From positions 176,538,057 through 176,602,056 of the forward strand of contig NC_092374.1 of assembly GCF_030028105.1 (NCBI RefSeq): 64,000 nt of DNA, read 5' to 3'. Positions 36,250-49,939 of the stretch are shown in pieces. The notes below the pieces were generated by a model that worked only from the letters and a program-made list of their open reading frames with translations, did not search any database and was not told the origin of the DNA. This stretch comes from Mobula birostris (lineage: Eukaryota). The translations under genes and the position numbers were made by a program. Position 1 is the first letter of the stretch, and every line of letters starts with the position of its first letter.

Positions 36250-38800
36250 GGCAGGAACAGGGCACAATGGTGAGGTTTCTCGTAGGTCAGCTACGCTTGT
36301 TTAGAAGTACAGAAGGGGCATGTGGGGAGGCCACTACCACGGCGGCCATTGTTGGGGGTAGGCCAGTGGCGAAAGTAGGAGTGTCAGGCGTCGGTTCGAG
36401 AGAGGCGTTGGCTCTGTGTAAATTTCTGTTAAGGTTCCATTTTTATTTTCTCATACCGTACTTATAGCAGTAAATGGTTGATGTGTGATCTTCATGCTGG
36501 ATGTTGGAGTCCTAGGAGGCCCAAAGTCTCCCGGGGAATTACGTCTGTGTGAAGTGCATCCGGCGTCAACTCCTCGAACACCGTGTTAGAAATCTGGAGC
36601 AGCAGATACAGTGGTATGTAAAAGTTTGGACACCCCAGGTCAAAATTTTTATTCGCAGTAACAGCTAAGTGAGTAAAAGATGACCTGATTTCCAAAAGGC
36701 ATAAAGTTAAAGATGACACATTTCTTTAATATTTTAAGCAAGATTGCTTTTTTAATTTGCATCTTTTACGTTTTCAAAATAACAGAAATGGTAAAAGTCC
36801 TGAAGCAAAGGTTTGGGCACCCTGCGTGGTCAGTACTTAGTAACACCCCCCTTGGCAAGTATTACAGCTTGTAAACGCCTTCTGTAGCCAGCTAAGGTTC
36901 TTTCAATCCTTGTTTGGGGGATTTTCGCCCATTCTTCTTTGCAAAAGGCTTCTAGTTCTATGAGATTCTTGCATGCATCCTTTTTCCTTTGCTCATTGCA
37001 GCCTAAAAGTTCTAATTAACTTCATCAGTCCACAGGACTGGTTTCCAAAATGCATCAGGCTTGTTTAGATGTCCGTTTGCAAACTTCTGATGTTAAATTT
37101 TGTGGTAAGGATGCAGGAAATGTTTTCTTCTGATGTCTCCTCCATGAAGATCATATTTGTGCAGAAGTCGCTGCACAGTAGAACAGTGCACCACCACTCC
37201 AGAATCTGTTAAATCTTCCTGAAGGTCTTTTGCAGTCAAACGAGGGTTTTGATTTGCCTTTCTACCAATCCTACCAGCAGTTCTCTCAGAAAGTTTTCTT
37301 AGTCTTCCAGACCTCAACTTGACCTCCACCGTTCGTGTTGACTGCCATTTCTTAATTATATTATGTACTGAGGAAACGGCTATCTGAAAATGCTTTGCTA
37401 TCTTCTTATACCCCTCTCCTGTTTTATGGGCATCATTTATTTTAATTTTCAGAGTGCTCGACAGCTGCTTAGAGGAACCCATGGCTGGTGATTGTTGGGA
37501 CAAGGTTTGAGGAGTCAGGGTATTTATAAAGCTTTGATATTTGCATCACCTTGCCTTTCCTAACGATAATTGTAAACAGGCCATAGCCTGAAAAAGCTAA
37601 TTAAGGTCTGAGACCTTGGTAAAAGTTATCTGAGAGCTCAAATCTCTTGGGGTGCCCAAACTTTTGCATGGGGCACCTTTCCTTTTTTCACTCCAAAATT
37701 GTACAAGACAAAAATAATATATTAATCTTGCTTAAAATGTTGAAAAGAATATTTCATATTTAACTTTATGACTTTTGGAGATCGGTTACTCACTTAACTA
37801 CTCACAGTAACAGAAATTTTGACCAGGGGTGCCCAAACTTTTGCATGACTCTGTAGATGACCTTTCACTTGTATGGGAGAATGAGGAGAGAATCAGTCAG
37901 AGTTACAGGGAAGTAGTCATCATGAAGTTGCAGGAGGGGAGTAGCTGGTTGACTATCAGGAGAAACAGAAATTTAAATATGCAATTAGCGCAGAGCACCC
38001 ATGTGGCCATTCCCCTCAATAATAAGTATACTGTTTGGGATAGTGTTGAAGGGAATGACATCCCAGGAGAATGACATGGAGACCGGGATACTGACAATTA
38101 GCATAAGTCTGTGGTGCAGAAGGGAAAGAGGGAGAAGAAGGGAGCAGTAGTGATAGGGGATTCAGTAGTCTTAAAAACAGACTGGAAATTCTGTGGACGT
38201 GAACAGGATACCCGAATGATATGTTGCCTCCCATGTGCCAGGGTCAGGGACGTCTCGGATCGCGTCCTCAACATTTTGTATAGGGAGGGAGAGCAGCTTG
38301 ATGTCTTGGTACATATTGGCATCAATGACATAGGAAGGAAGATCAAAGAGGTCCTGATAAAGAAAATTTACAGAAGTGGACAGAAAGCTGAAAAACAGGA
38401 CTTCCAGGGTAGTGATTTCTGGATTGCTGCATGTGCCACGCGCCAGCAAGGGTAGATAGATGATGATTTGGCAAATTAATGTGTGGTTGTGAAGCAGGCA
38501 TTGGGATCTCTTCTTGGGAAGTATGACCCGTTCAAAAATAGTGGGTTGCACCTGAACCCGCGGAGAATCAATATGGTTTTAAACTAATTTGGTAGGTGGA
38601 TAGGAACCGGAGTGAAGGACTCAGGATAGTATGGATAGTAGAAAAGCAACACTCAAAGTATAATATCACAATGCACGGCATATAGAAAACATGATCTTGC
38701 TGCACTATTCCAGATTGTCAGGTATGATGTTGTGGCCATCACTGAATCGTGGCCGAAGGATTGTTGTATTTGGGAGATGAACGTCCAAGGATACACGTAT
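36250..38800 (+). mobile_element. CR1 5' portion (ORF1 zinc finger + esterase, start of ORF2) split by a Tc1 element
   Basis: YVCVKC...RNLEQQI|DDLSLVWENEE is joined across the Tc1; GAVVIGDSVV and HIGINDIG motifs. Boundaries approximate. Confidence 0.8.
36609..37853 (-). mobile_element. Internally deleted Tc1/mariner transposon, IR/DR type
   Basis: TA duplication at 36607..36608 and 37854..37855. Ends CAGTGGTATGTAAAAGTTTGGACACCCC and ggggtgcccaaacttttgcatgactctg. Inner direct repeats near 36805..36825 and 37647..37670. ORF 37093..37503 is the paired-like HTH (GEGYKKIAKHF...TVQRLLH); most of the DDE domain is missing. Confidence 0.93.
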
Positions 38801-39729
38801 TATCACATTCCCCAAAGACCAATCATTCACTGTAGAAATCCTATCTTGGTTTGCCTTCCAAAAATGCAATGTTTTGTTCTTATTTGAATTGAAAGCCATT
38901 TGCCAATCTTTGGCCTACTTACCCAGGTCACTTATATACCCTTGTAATTTTCGATTACCATCTTTACTTTCAGCAGTATCTCCTCTTTCATGGACAAATT
39001 ACAAATTATTTCTTGTAGTCCTTTATGAAACTCGTTCACATAAGTAACAGACAACAAATATTCCGTCAACCACCCCTGTGGCATCATAATGTTCCAGAGG
39101 CATCTAGTCCGAGTAATAACCTATTACTATCATTCTCTGATTCATACCATTGAGACAATTACGAAATACGGTTAAGTTTCTCTCCACGGACGACGATCAA
39201 TCTATAAAGTCCCGAGTCCCCTGCCACGTGAAATCTTGTAAAGGTCCTTCCAAGATTCCAAACAAGCAGCGTCCAATATCTTAGAGTCATCAATGATCAT
39301 GATTAACTCATGGAAAAAACTATTAACATATTTGGCAGACTTGTATTGCTGAAGCAATAGCCGTGCTGAATGAGTCCTACCGAAGGGTCTCAGCCCGAAA
39401 CGTCGACTATACTTTTGTTTTCCATATGCTGCCTAGCCTGCTGAGATCCTCCAGCATTTTGTGTGTGTAATTCTGATTTGACCTTGTCTATCCACATATG
39501 GATTGATTCAGTTCTACAGCATCCATTCCAGTTACTTACCCACTGCGGATATCAGACATGCTAGTTTTTTGCTTTTTTGCTCCCCTTCTTAAATAATGGT
39601 ACAGAATTAGCCGGCTTCCATTCTTTCAGAACTTCAGCTCCAAAGAAATATTAAGCACACATCGTTGCCAGAATTTCCACACCATTCCCTAGATTTCCAG
39701 ACGTTCAATGTATGCTCTTAGAAAGTCCA

Positions 39730-41420
39730 TAAGACCATAAGATATAGGAGACCATCGAGCCTGTTCTGCCATTGAATCATGGGCTGATCCACTTATTCCA
39801 GTCACCCCCACCCCCTGCTTTCACCCCATACCCTTTGATTCCCTGGCTAATCAAGAAACTATCTATCTCTGCCTTAAATACATCCAATTACTTGGCCTCC
39901 ACAACCGCTTGTGGCAACAAATTCCACAGATTTACCACCACTGACTAAAGTAATTTCTCCGCATCTCAGTTGTAAAAGGACGTCCTTCAATACTACAGTA
40001 GTGCTCTCTTGTCCAAGAATCCCCTACCATGGGAAAAAACTTTGCCATATCTAATCTGTTCAGTCCTTTTAACATACGGAATGTTCCTATGAGATCCCTC
40101 CTCATTCTGCTGAACTCCAAGGAATATAGCCCAAGAGCTGCCAGACGTTGTTTATACGGTAACACTTTAATTCCTGGAATCATTCTCGTGAATCTTCTCT
40201 GAATGCTCTCTAATATCAGTATATCCTTTCTAAAATAAGGAGATCAAAACTGCACACAATACTCCAAGTGTGGTCTCACGAGTGCCTTATAGAACCTCAA
40301 CATCACATTCCGGCTCTTATATTCTATACCTCTAGAAATTAATGCCAACATTGCATTCGTCTTCTTCACACCCGGCTCAACCTGGAGGTTCAACTTTAGG
40401 GTATCTTGCACAAGGACTCCCAAGTCCCTTTATATCTCTGTATTTTGAACTCTCTCCCCATCTTCCACCAAAGTGCATGGTATTTCATTTGCCACTTCTT
40501 TGCCCATTCCTCTAAACTATCTAAGTCTCTCTTTTGGCTGTCTGTTTCCTCAACACTACCCGCTCCTCCACCTATCTTTGTATCATTGGCAAATTTAGCC
40601 ACAAATTCATTAATACTGTATTCCAAATCCTTGATAGACATCATAAAAAGTAACGGTCCCAACACTGATCCCTGTGGAACTCCACTGGTAACCTGCAGCC
40701 AGCCAGAATAGGATGCCTTTATTCCTACTCCCTGCTTTCTGTCAACAAGCCAACGCTCTAGTCTCGTTAGTAATTTCCCTGTAATTCCATGGGCTCTTAT
40801 CTTGCTAAGCAGACTCACGTGCGGCACCTTGTCAAAGGCCTTCTGAAAATCCTAGTACACCACGTCTACTGCATCTCCTTTATCTACCCTGCTTGTAATT
40901 TCCTCAGGGAATTGTAGTAGGTTCGTCACGCAGGATTTTCCTTTCAGGAAACCATGCTGGCTTTGGCCTATCTTGCCACGTGTCTCCAAGTAGTCAGTAA
41001 TCTCTTCGCTAACAATCCATTCCAACAACTTCCCAACTACTGATGTCAGGCTAACAGCTCTATAGTTTTCCTTCTGCTGCCTCCCAACCTTCTTAAATAA
41101 CGGAGTAATATTTGCAATTTTCCAGTCATCCGGTACAACGGCAGTATCTATCGATTCTTGAAAGATCATCGTTAATGCCTCCGCAATCTATCCAGCTACT
41201 TCCTTCAGAAACCGAGGGTGCATTCCATCAGACCTAGGAGATTTATCCATCCCCAGGCCATTAAGCTTCCTGAGCACCTTCTCAGTCGTAATTTTCACTG
41301 CACAAAATTCACTTCCCTGACACTCTTGAATGTCCCGTAGTCTGCAAACTTCTCCGACTGTGAAGACTGATGCAAATTACGCATTCAGTTCCTCTGCCAT
41401 CTCTCCTTACCATATCTCCA
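39730..41420 (-). mobile_element. CR1 3' half with internal deletions
   Basis: cataagaccataagat tail; ORF fragments ENYRAVSLTSVVGKL, SGVPQGSVLGP, FANDTK. Confidence 0.88.
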
Positions 41421-41699
41421 GCGTCATTGCACTGGGCATAGATTAAATTTACTGAAAGAAAGAACGCCAATACATTCTCCCTGGAAATCTGTAAATAATC
41501 AGTAGCTTTTTTTTTGTGGAAACTGGCCTTAAGTAAATGCTCTTGCTCAGCTAGAGTTGGAGAATCGTTTCTTGTCGTAAGTGGGTCTTGATTTAAAAGC
41601 AAGCGGGCCCTATCAGGACATTCTGCTGATCTTGACCTTTGCAGTTTCAATTAATAGAAGTTATGTTGATGCTGAGCAACTGCTGTGGGAGGGGACAGA

Positions 41700-42474
41700 G
41701 TTAGAACGGGGAAATGAAGCTTTGGCTCAAGACCTGAGGTTTCCGTTAAGTTTCTGTTTCATTCTTTACTGGTGTCTTGCTGGAACATTCATAAAGTATT
41801 CCAGAGTAGTGTTCTGCGCCTCTTGCAAAATATGGGAGATATGGGAGATCTGGGAGATCGTCCCCGATTGCTACATCAAGAAATGAGCCCGGGCCCAGCT
41901 CCTTACGAACTGTATTTTATAACTTCATATGGGACTGCGTGCCCTACGCATCATTTGGGATAAGGAGGTATTGAGAGATGGGTGGTACGGCGAGGGAGGC
42001 ACATGTAAATTGCAGCAGATTGGATAGATGTGTGACTGCCCGGAGCGGGAAAGGGAAATACACATAGGGAAGAAGACCAGTGGCTGTTCCCCGCAATAAC
42101 AAGTACAGGTATGCCCGTTGCGTGAGCGGAGGTGGGGTGGGGGGGGGGGGTGTTGAAACTATCCGTGGAAAGCCGCTGCAAGCAAGTCTCTGGAACTGTC
42201 TGTCTCTGTGAATCAGAAGGGAGGCCTAGAGGAGGGGAGATGAAGTGATAGAGGATTGAATAATTACTGAAATAGATGCAAGATTCTATGGATAGTATAT
42301 TGTCTGTCATGTGCTAGTGTCAGAAGTATCTCAGGTCTCGTCTGCAGCATTCGTAATGCAGAGCGGATGCAGCCAAAATTTATGCTGCACATTGGAAGCA
42401 AAGATACAGGTAGAGAAAGGAATGAAGACCCGAAGACAGACCGTAGGGAATTATGTAAGCAGCTAGCTTAAAAG
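41700..42474 (+). mobile_element. Old CR1 ORF1 remnant, host of the young CR1
   Basis: RVVFCASCKIWE zinc-finger start with a 9-mer (atgggagat) repeated three times; degenerate MLHIGSKDTG. Resumes as KSRISGIVI after 44782. Confidence 0.6.
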
Positions 42475-44776
42475 AGGCCCTTTGGGTAAGAGTGACCATA
42501 ATATAGTGGAATTCTTCATTAAGATGGAGAGTGACATAGTTAATTCAGAAACAAAGGTTCTGAACTTAAAGAGGGGTAACTTTGAAGGTATGAGACGTGA
42601 ATTAGCTAAGATAGACTGGCAAATGACACTTAAAGGATTGATGGTGGATATGCAATGGCAAGCATTTAAAGGTTGCATGGATGAACTACAACAATTGTTC
42701 ATCCCAGTTTGGCAAAAGAATAAATGAAGGAAGGTAGTGCACCCGTGGCTGACAAGAGAAATTAGGGATAGTATCAATTCCAAAGAAGCAGCATACAAAT
42801 TAGCCAGAGAAAGTGGCTCACATGAGGACTGGGAGAAATTCAGAGTTCAGCAGAGGAGGGCAAAGGGCTTAATTAGGAAGGGGAAAAAAGATTATGAGAG
42901 AAAACTGGCAGGGAACATAAAAACTGACTGTAAAAGCTTTTATAGGTATGTAAAAAGGAAAAGACTGGTAAAGACAAATGTAGGTCCCCTGCAGACAGAA
43001 ACAGGTGAATTGATTATGGGGAGCAAGGACATGGCAGACCAATTGAATAATTACTTTGGTTCTGTCTTCACTAAGGAGGACATAAATAATCTTCCAGAAA
43101 TAGTAGGGGACAGAGGGTCCAGTGAGATGGAGGAACTGAGTGAAATACTTGTTAGTAGGGAAGTGGTGTTAGGTAAATTGAAGGGATTGAAGGCAGATAA
43201 ATCCCCAGGGCCAGGTGGTCTGCATCCTAGAGTGCTTAAGGAAGTAGCCCAAGAAATAGTGGATGCATTAGTGATAATTTTTCAAAACTCGTTAGATTCT
43301 GGACTAGTTCTTGACGATTGGAGGGTGGATAATGTAACCCCACGTTTTAAAAAAGGAGGGAGAGAGAAACCGGGGAATTATAGACCGGTTAGCCTAACGT
43401 CGGTGGTGGGGAAACTGCTGGAGTCAGTTATCAAGGATGTGATAAGAGCACATTTGGAAAGCGGTGAAATCATCGGACAAAGTCAGCATGGATTTGTGAA
43501 AGGAAAATCATGTCTGACGAATCTCATTGAATTTTTTGAGGATGTAACTAGTAGAGTGGATAGGGGAGAACCAGTGGATGTGGTATATTTGGATTTTCAA
43601 AAGACTTTTGACAAGGTCCCACACAGGAGATTAGTGTGCAAACTTAAAGCACATGGTATTGGGGGTAAGGTATTGATGTGGATGGAGAATTGGTTAGCAG
43701 ACAGGAAGCAAAGAGTGGGAATAAACGGGACCTTTTCAGAATGGCAGGCGGTGACTAGTGGGGTACCGCAAGGCTCAGTGCTGGGACCCCAGTTGTTTAC
43801 AATATATATTAATGACTTGGATGAGGGAATTAAATGCAGCATCTCCAAGTTTGCGGATGACACGAAGCTGGGTGGCAGTGTTAGCTGTGAGGAGGATGCT
43901 AAGAGGATGCAGAGTGACTTGGATAGGTTGGGTGACTGGGCAAATTCATGGCAGATGCAATTTAATGTGGATAAATGTGAAGTTATCCACTTTGGTGGCA
44001 AAAATAGGAAAACAGATTATTATCTGAATGGTGGCCGATTAGGAAAAGGGGAGGTGCAGCGAGACCTGGGTGTCATTATACACCAGTCATTGAAAGTGGG
44101 CATGCAGGTACAGCAGGCAGTGAAAAAGCCAAATGGTATGCTGGCATTTATAACGAGAGGATTTGAGTACAGGAGCAGGGAGGTACTACTGCAGTTGTAC
44201 AAGGCCTTGGTGAGACCACACCTGGAGTATTGTGTGCAGTTTTGGTCCCCTAATCTGAGGAAAGACATCCTTGCCATAGAGGGAGTACAAAGAAGGTTCA
44301 CCAGATTAATTCCTGGGATGGCAGGACTTTCATATGAAGAAAGACTGGATGAACTGGGCTTGTACTCGTTGGAATTTAGAAGATTGAGGGGGGATCTGAT
44401 TGAAACGTATAAAATCCTAAAGGGATTGGACAGGCTAGATGCAGGAAGATTGTTCCCGATGTTGGGGAAGTCCAGAACAAGGGGTCACAGTTTGAGGATA
44501 AAGGGGAAGCCTTTTAGGACCGAAATTAGGAAAAACTTCTTCACTCAGAGAGTGGTGAATCTGTGGAATTCTCTGCCACAGGAAGCAGTTGAGGCCAGTA
44601 CATTGGCTATATTTAAGAGGGAGTTAGATATGGCCCTTGTGGCTACGGGGATCAGGGGGTATGGAGGGAAGGCTGGGGCGGGGTTCTGAGTTGGATGATC
44701 AGCCATGATCATAATAAATGGCGGTGCAGGCTCGAAGGGCCGAATGGCCTACTCCTGCACCTATTTTCTATGTTTC
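42475..44776 (+). mobile_element. Young 5'-truncated CR1 with an intact 650-codon RT-containing frame
   Basis: ORF 42737..44689 with YLDFQKTFDKVPH, SGVPQGSVLGP and FADDTK. A single in-frame stop at 42725..42727. (ttctatgt) tail; possible TSD TAAAAG at 42469..42474 and 44777..44782. Confidence 0.95.
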
Positions 44777-44814
44777 TAAAAGCAGGATCTCAGGCATAGT
44801 AATTCTTCATTTCT

Positions 44815-45020
44815 TTTATTTACAGATACCGGACGTTAACAGGCCGTCTTGCTCCAAGGAGATGTACCGTCCATTTACACCATTGTGACAAATTAACTTA
44901 CTAACCAACACATCTCAGGAATGTGGGAGTAAACTAGGAAACCCACACGGTCATGGGGAGAATGTAAAACTCCTTTCAGACAACAGCGAATTGAAGCCAG
45001 CCGCTATGCTGCCGTGTCGC
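44815..45020 (-). mobile_element. Degenerate SINE (tRNA-derived HE1/V-SINE-like)
   Basis: ggaatgtgggagtaaactaggaaacccacacggtcatggggagaatgtaaaactcc resembles the reverse strand of a shark-type SINE body; recognised from memory. Confidence 0.55.
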
Positions 45021-46305
45021 TTGTAAATCTTCGGATTACTGCCTGCTCCACGCGTCCGGGAGGATAACAATAGGATGATATTTTATATAAAATATAAGTG
45101 GTTGAAGAATTGGTGCTGGGCACAACAATTCAGATCTGTTGATCATCAGGATCTCTTCTGGGAAATGTAGGACGTATACAGGTTTGTTAGAGTTGTTGGG
45201 AATATACTATATAAGACCATAGATTTAGGAGCAGAATTAGGCCATTCAGCTCATCGAGACTGCTCCGTTATTTCTTCATGGTGAACCCAGTTCACACAAC
45301 CCATACACCTGCTTTCTCTCCATATCCTTTGATGCACTGACCGATTAGGAAACGATCAACCTCTGCCTTAAATATACTCACGGCCTTGACAACCACCGCA
45401 GTCTGTGGGTAGAATATTCCACAAATTCACTACTCTCTGGCTAAAAATAAATCTGAACTACCCCTGTTTTGTGCCCTCTAGTTCTGGACACCTCCACCAC
45501 AGGAAACATAGGATTTCGATATTCTGTAACGTTTCCAAACGTTTCCGACGCAGCAAAATACGTTATACTGAAGTTGGCGGAATCGTGAATACGGATTCAA
45601 AGATTTGCAATATTGAATTAATGGAGTTAAATCTAACAGGATCACTGTTCTAGTTCTATTCATTTTCTGTCTCAGTAATTAGTGGAATCCCGTACATGGT
45701 TTTTATTAAATAATCCTACCAGTATTAGGAGTGAAGCTAATTCTCGTCGAGGACACAGTGTATAATTGCCAATTTATTGAAATAGGCAGAGCGCATCTAA
45801 AACCAAAACATTCAATCTTTTTGTATTTTTTGTGAGTGATAGATACAATTGAGTCAATAAATATGTGAGCGTACTTGGATATGATTCATAACAAACCAAC
45901 AAAACAGGAAGCAGGAGAAGGCCGAGGTCATTGGGTCCTTCAAATCTGATCCATCATTCAATATTGGAATGATTGATCTCTGCAGACCTATACTAGTTTC
46001 GTATTACGTTCAATTCTCCCGATTTTTATTTTTTCTTTAATGGCTCCCCCCTTTTGATACATCGATCGGTTTGTCCTTCACTATTATCTGAGGGGAAAAT
46101 GCAGAGATCCTCCACACTCAGAGAAATGGAATTTTAACGCACCTCAGTTCTCGAATTCGCAGTTTATACGTCCAAACTTAACGTGAAACGTGAAGACTCG
46201 AAGTTTCTATGTACGTTAATTCCGTATTCTCTCTGCATAAGATGTCCGTTCAGATTTACTTTCATATAAATTATAGAACACTTGAACATTCATGCACGCA
46301 AATTT

Positions 46306-47237
46306 TTAACGTATGATGTGAGTAATCTTTCTTTCCTGTATTATGTCACGAAAAAGAACAAGCGGACGTTTAATTATCTTCTTCATTTCAATCCTGAATT
46401 TGCTCTGGGACACGACATATATGAATGTATTTGTACAAGAACTTAAACATCTCAGCATATAACCAGATTGTTCCGCAATAGTGAACGGGTCGTTGTAATT
46501 CCCTTCCAAAAATGTTGTGTCTGTAAACTGTACGAAAATGAAACAAACAAAAATCACCATCCAGAGAAAGATAAACGAACCAGATATAGAGAGGAGCAGA
46601 GAAATTGACTTCCTTCTGTTTGTCATCTCTGGGTCATTACTATTCCCAGCTTTCGTTTCTTCCCGGAGACAGCTCCTCACTCTGTTGGCGAGGACGATGT
46701 GCCTGATTGTCAGCGCATTCAAAAGGACGATCAAAACAAACGGCATAAAAGGGGTTAAAATTGTATCTAGCCATAAAAATGTTGTCCAGATAGGCAATGT
46801 ATAGAAGCTTGGTTTTACAATGCAAGACCAGGGCGATTTGTCAATTATTTCCCGTGGTTCATATATCGAATATATCGGTGCGTTTTCTGAAATACTTGAG
46901 AGGCACACTACGGCTACCACCACAGCAGAAGTTTTTTCGGTGCAATATCTTGCTCGTAACGTTTGGCAACGAATGGCAACGAATCGATCAAAAGTAAATG
47001 CCACTGTTAACCAGACAGAGCAATCAAGGGAAACAAAAAGAAGAGTCAGGTTAAGGCTACAGACTGGAGTATAATTCAAAAATGAATGTGGGAAATAACT
47101 ATCTTTAATCTCGTAGAGAATTACTTCAAATATCAGAACCATTAGGTCAGCTACTGCCATGGACAGCAGATACCGGGTGATACATTTTGAGAGACCGCAT
47201 TTTCCACGACAGAGGATGAGAATTGCCATCGCATTTG
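46306..47237 (-). CDS. Exon 2 of GPR139/142-like class A GPCR paralogue 1 (333 aa spliced)
   Basis: Acceptor ttttgtag|CA AAT GCG ATG at 47238/47237. TM2 MAVADL, TM3 Cys and DRF, ECL2 WSC, TM7 NTFIY; seven hydrophobic segments once exon 1 is added. Confidence 0.92.
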
Positions 47238-47579
47238 CTACAAAAAGAACAAAAGAATAAAACGAGTAGTTGATGATAATTTGTCATATTTATTTCTGTG
47301 TGAATTGTTATGAAATTTTGGTGCTTTAATTCTATTAACAATTATATCGATTATAAGAATCCCTATTGGTTGAATAAAATCAGAACATTGTATATCATGG
47401 TATTCTACAAGATGCAAATCTTGCTATAATGAAACATCATGATTTTGAATGTTTTTCTTTATATAGTGTTTGGAATCAAAACTGTCCGAAATCACGTCAA
47501 TTAGTTCAATTAATATTTGAGCAAGAACAAGAACATATATTTTCGGGATTGTTTTAACTTCTGAAAAAAAACTTAATGC

Positions 47580-47720
47580 AAATAATACAAACACGGAGAA
47601 GTCTGCAGATGCTGGAAATTCAAGCAACACACACAAAATGTTGGTGGAACGCAGCAGGCCAGGCAGCATCTATAGGAAGCTGTGCAGTGGACGTTTCGGG
47701 CCGAGACCCTTCGTCAGGAC
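47580..47720 (-). mobile_element. Penelope pseudo-LTR fragment with hammerhead core in the GPCR1 intron
   Basis: Minus strand CUGACGA-AGGGUCUCGGCCC-GAAACGUC (about 47686..47720); stem I is disrupted. Confidence 0.75.
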
Positions 47721-48092
47721 ATTTCTGAGTATATTTGAATACTTTTCTTTTGTTGTTTGTTTTACCCTTTCTCCGGGTATTACTAATTAAAGGGAAATAA
47801 TTCATGCATCGCAAACACCGTACTGCTTTACTCCACACGTTGATGATGCAAACGGGAAGGCAGAAAAAAAACACAGCATTTCTATATTCCCTCCCGTACA
47901 GGAGTGCTTCGTCTTCCCGGGCGAATGTTCCCAAATTAGCCGTTCAGCCTGTCATATAACAGGTAAAACGATAACATTGTCAGCAAATTCCGTGGCATGG
48001 CTATGAAGAAATATATCAACTAATTTGCGCTGAATTATGAGTTATGAATGAACATAAATTAACTGACGAACATCTGACATTAATCAACTTAC

Positions 48093-48162
48093 CAGGAACG
48101 CCAAGTATTGCAAGAATAGGATAGTAAATGTTTTCCACTTGTATGACTACCGGCTGTTCCAT
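48093..48162 (-). CDS. Exon 1 of GPCR paralogue 1
   Basis: ATG at 48162, MEQPVVIQVENIYYPILAILGVP+G|gtaag; the phase-1 join gives GVPANAM (compare GPR139 GLPANIL). Confidence 0.92.
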
Positions 48163-48561
48163 ACTGGAGTGAAACGCCGCTGAACATGGAAATGAATATA
48201 TTTATTTCTCAGAGTAAAACCCCATTTATAGCAGACAAAACCCCAAGTGGCACAGGATTATTGTGATGTCCATATATAGAGCCGCCTCTTAGGCTGTTAG
48301 AAGAGGGTATTTGCTATAACCAGAGAAGTAATTTGGCAAAGTTCTACCAGGCGATGTGCTGCATCATTCTGTACTCCACGTGTTCTGTTATTTCAGCTTT
48401 GGCATTTCAGTTCCCAATGATAAATGCAACATCATTTTTTGGTGTCGTATACAGGAGGAACTTCATAAAACAGAATAATTTCATTCTCTTTGGCATCTGT
48501 GGTTGGAGCATAAACTTGGATCACTGTGATGTTGAAAGACTTGCCTTGAAGTCGTATTGCG

Positions 48562-48670
48562 ATCATTCTGATGAAGTGTCTCGGCCCGAAGCGTCGACTA
48601 TACCTCTTCCTAGTGTTGCTGCCTGACCTGCTGCGTTCATCAGCAACTTATATGTGTGTTGCTTGCGATC
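48562..48670 (+). mobile_element. Penelope pseudo-LTR fragment about 400 bp upstream of the GPCR1 start
   Basis: ctgatgaagtgtctcggcccgaagcgtcgac...gctgcctgacctgctgcgttc; GAAA box mutated to GAAG. Confidence 0.7.
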
Positions 48671-49939
48671 GTTCTAACATTTTTGGGGTTTTATCCAATC
48701 ACCGATTTGGATGCTCTTTTCTTGACAATTAAAGCCACTCAATTCTTTCTACAGATTTCCTGCCCACAGTAGAAGATCTGATAATTGACCCATTTCAGTC
48801 TACTTTAGTACGTAATTCCCAATATGTCAATCACGTTTGTGACCACATCTAGTTTGCTTTGATACGTGAATCTCAATCTCCAATGCTGTATTCCACATTC
48901 CGTTTTACTTTTAATTTCTTTTTATTACATTAGTATCGTTCCTTAAGGTTGTTGTAGCTGGGTGGTAATGTCAAGAAGCTCACACTACCTATTAAATGCT
49001 CCCAATGGCGAGAGCCCATTTCCCGGTCTTCATGTGTGGTTCAGTTATTAAGCTCTGCGGAATCGTTTCTACTGACAGGAGAAGAGTTAAAGGCGGGTTA
49101 CTAGTGCCTTAAACCCTGACGCTTCTGGCAGATAGGGCTTGTTAGCTGGGTTTGAAAGCTCGTATAAGAAAAAAAACAACCCTGATCTCAAGCCTTCGCT
49201 GCCTCTCGGTTATATTCTCTCAAGGAGATGGCTTCGGGAGTAAACCCCGAGGGAGAAATCAGGAGCTGGAGTGCATATGACAGTCCTTCATAGAACTTAA
49301 TGTTGACTGGCAACTCCTGCAGCATTGCAGGTATCAAACTGTATCGGCCCCTATCGTAGCATTAGGTTCAAGGATGCGTGGAGAGGGAGGAGCTTACTAA
49401 ATTTCCAACAGCTTGTTCTTCATATCGTGCTGGTACTGCCCAGGCTTGCATATGTAGACAGCTAGGTTGAAATATCCATGGTCATCTCTGACCGACGGAG
49501 GCCTTTTACTCACCTCATCTCACCTCACCTCAATATATCCCGGAAATGTTTGATGTGACTGGCTGGCATGCACGTAAACACATTTCAATGTATTTCGGGA
49601 CATGTGGCAATAAAAATCCACCAAACCAATTTTTGTTACAGGTGGTAACGAGCTCTCTCAGCGCCTCGATACAGTGCTGGTACATTGTATCTATCTGAGA
49701 TCCAATTCTGGTTGGAGAGTTAATAAAAAACAGATTAGTTTGGCCTGTACAGTGCACTTGACAAGGATAATGAATACAACTAAACTAAGACTAGTGTTGT
49801 AATGTCTGAAACGGCTCTGTATCAGGGCAAAAACAACCGTGAACAAATTGTACATCCCTCTTTTCATTCAGTCTGACGTTCGCTCCTTTTGATAAAGCTG
49901 AGGGAGGAAATTAAACGCATTTGGTCTAACGACTGGAAA

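Noticed and set aside
42737-44689. 650-aa ORF as a host gene or domesticated RT
   Set aside because: It is ordinary 5'-truncated CR1 ORF2 with tail and TSD; its integrity reflects young age.
48950-49500. Repeat-like segment resembling an RTE 5' region, where HDV-like ribozymes can occur
   Set aside because: I could not trace a nested double pseudoknot by eye, and the family assignment is uncertain.
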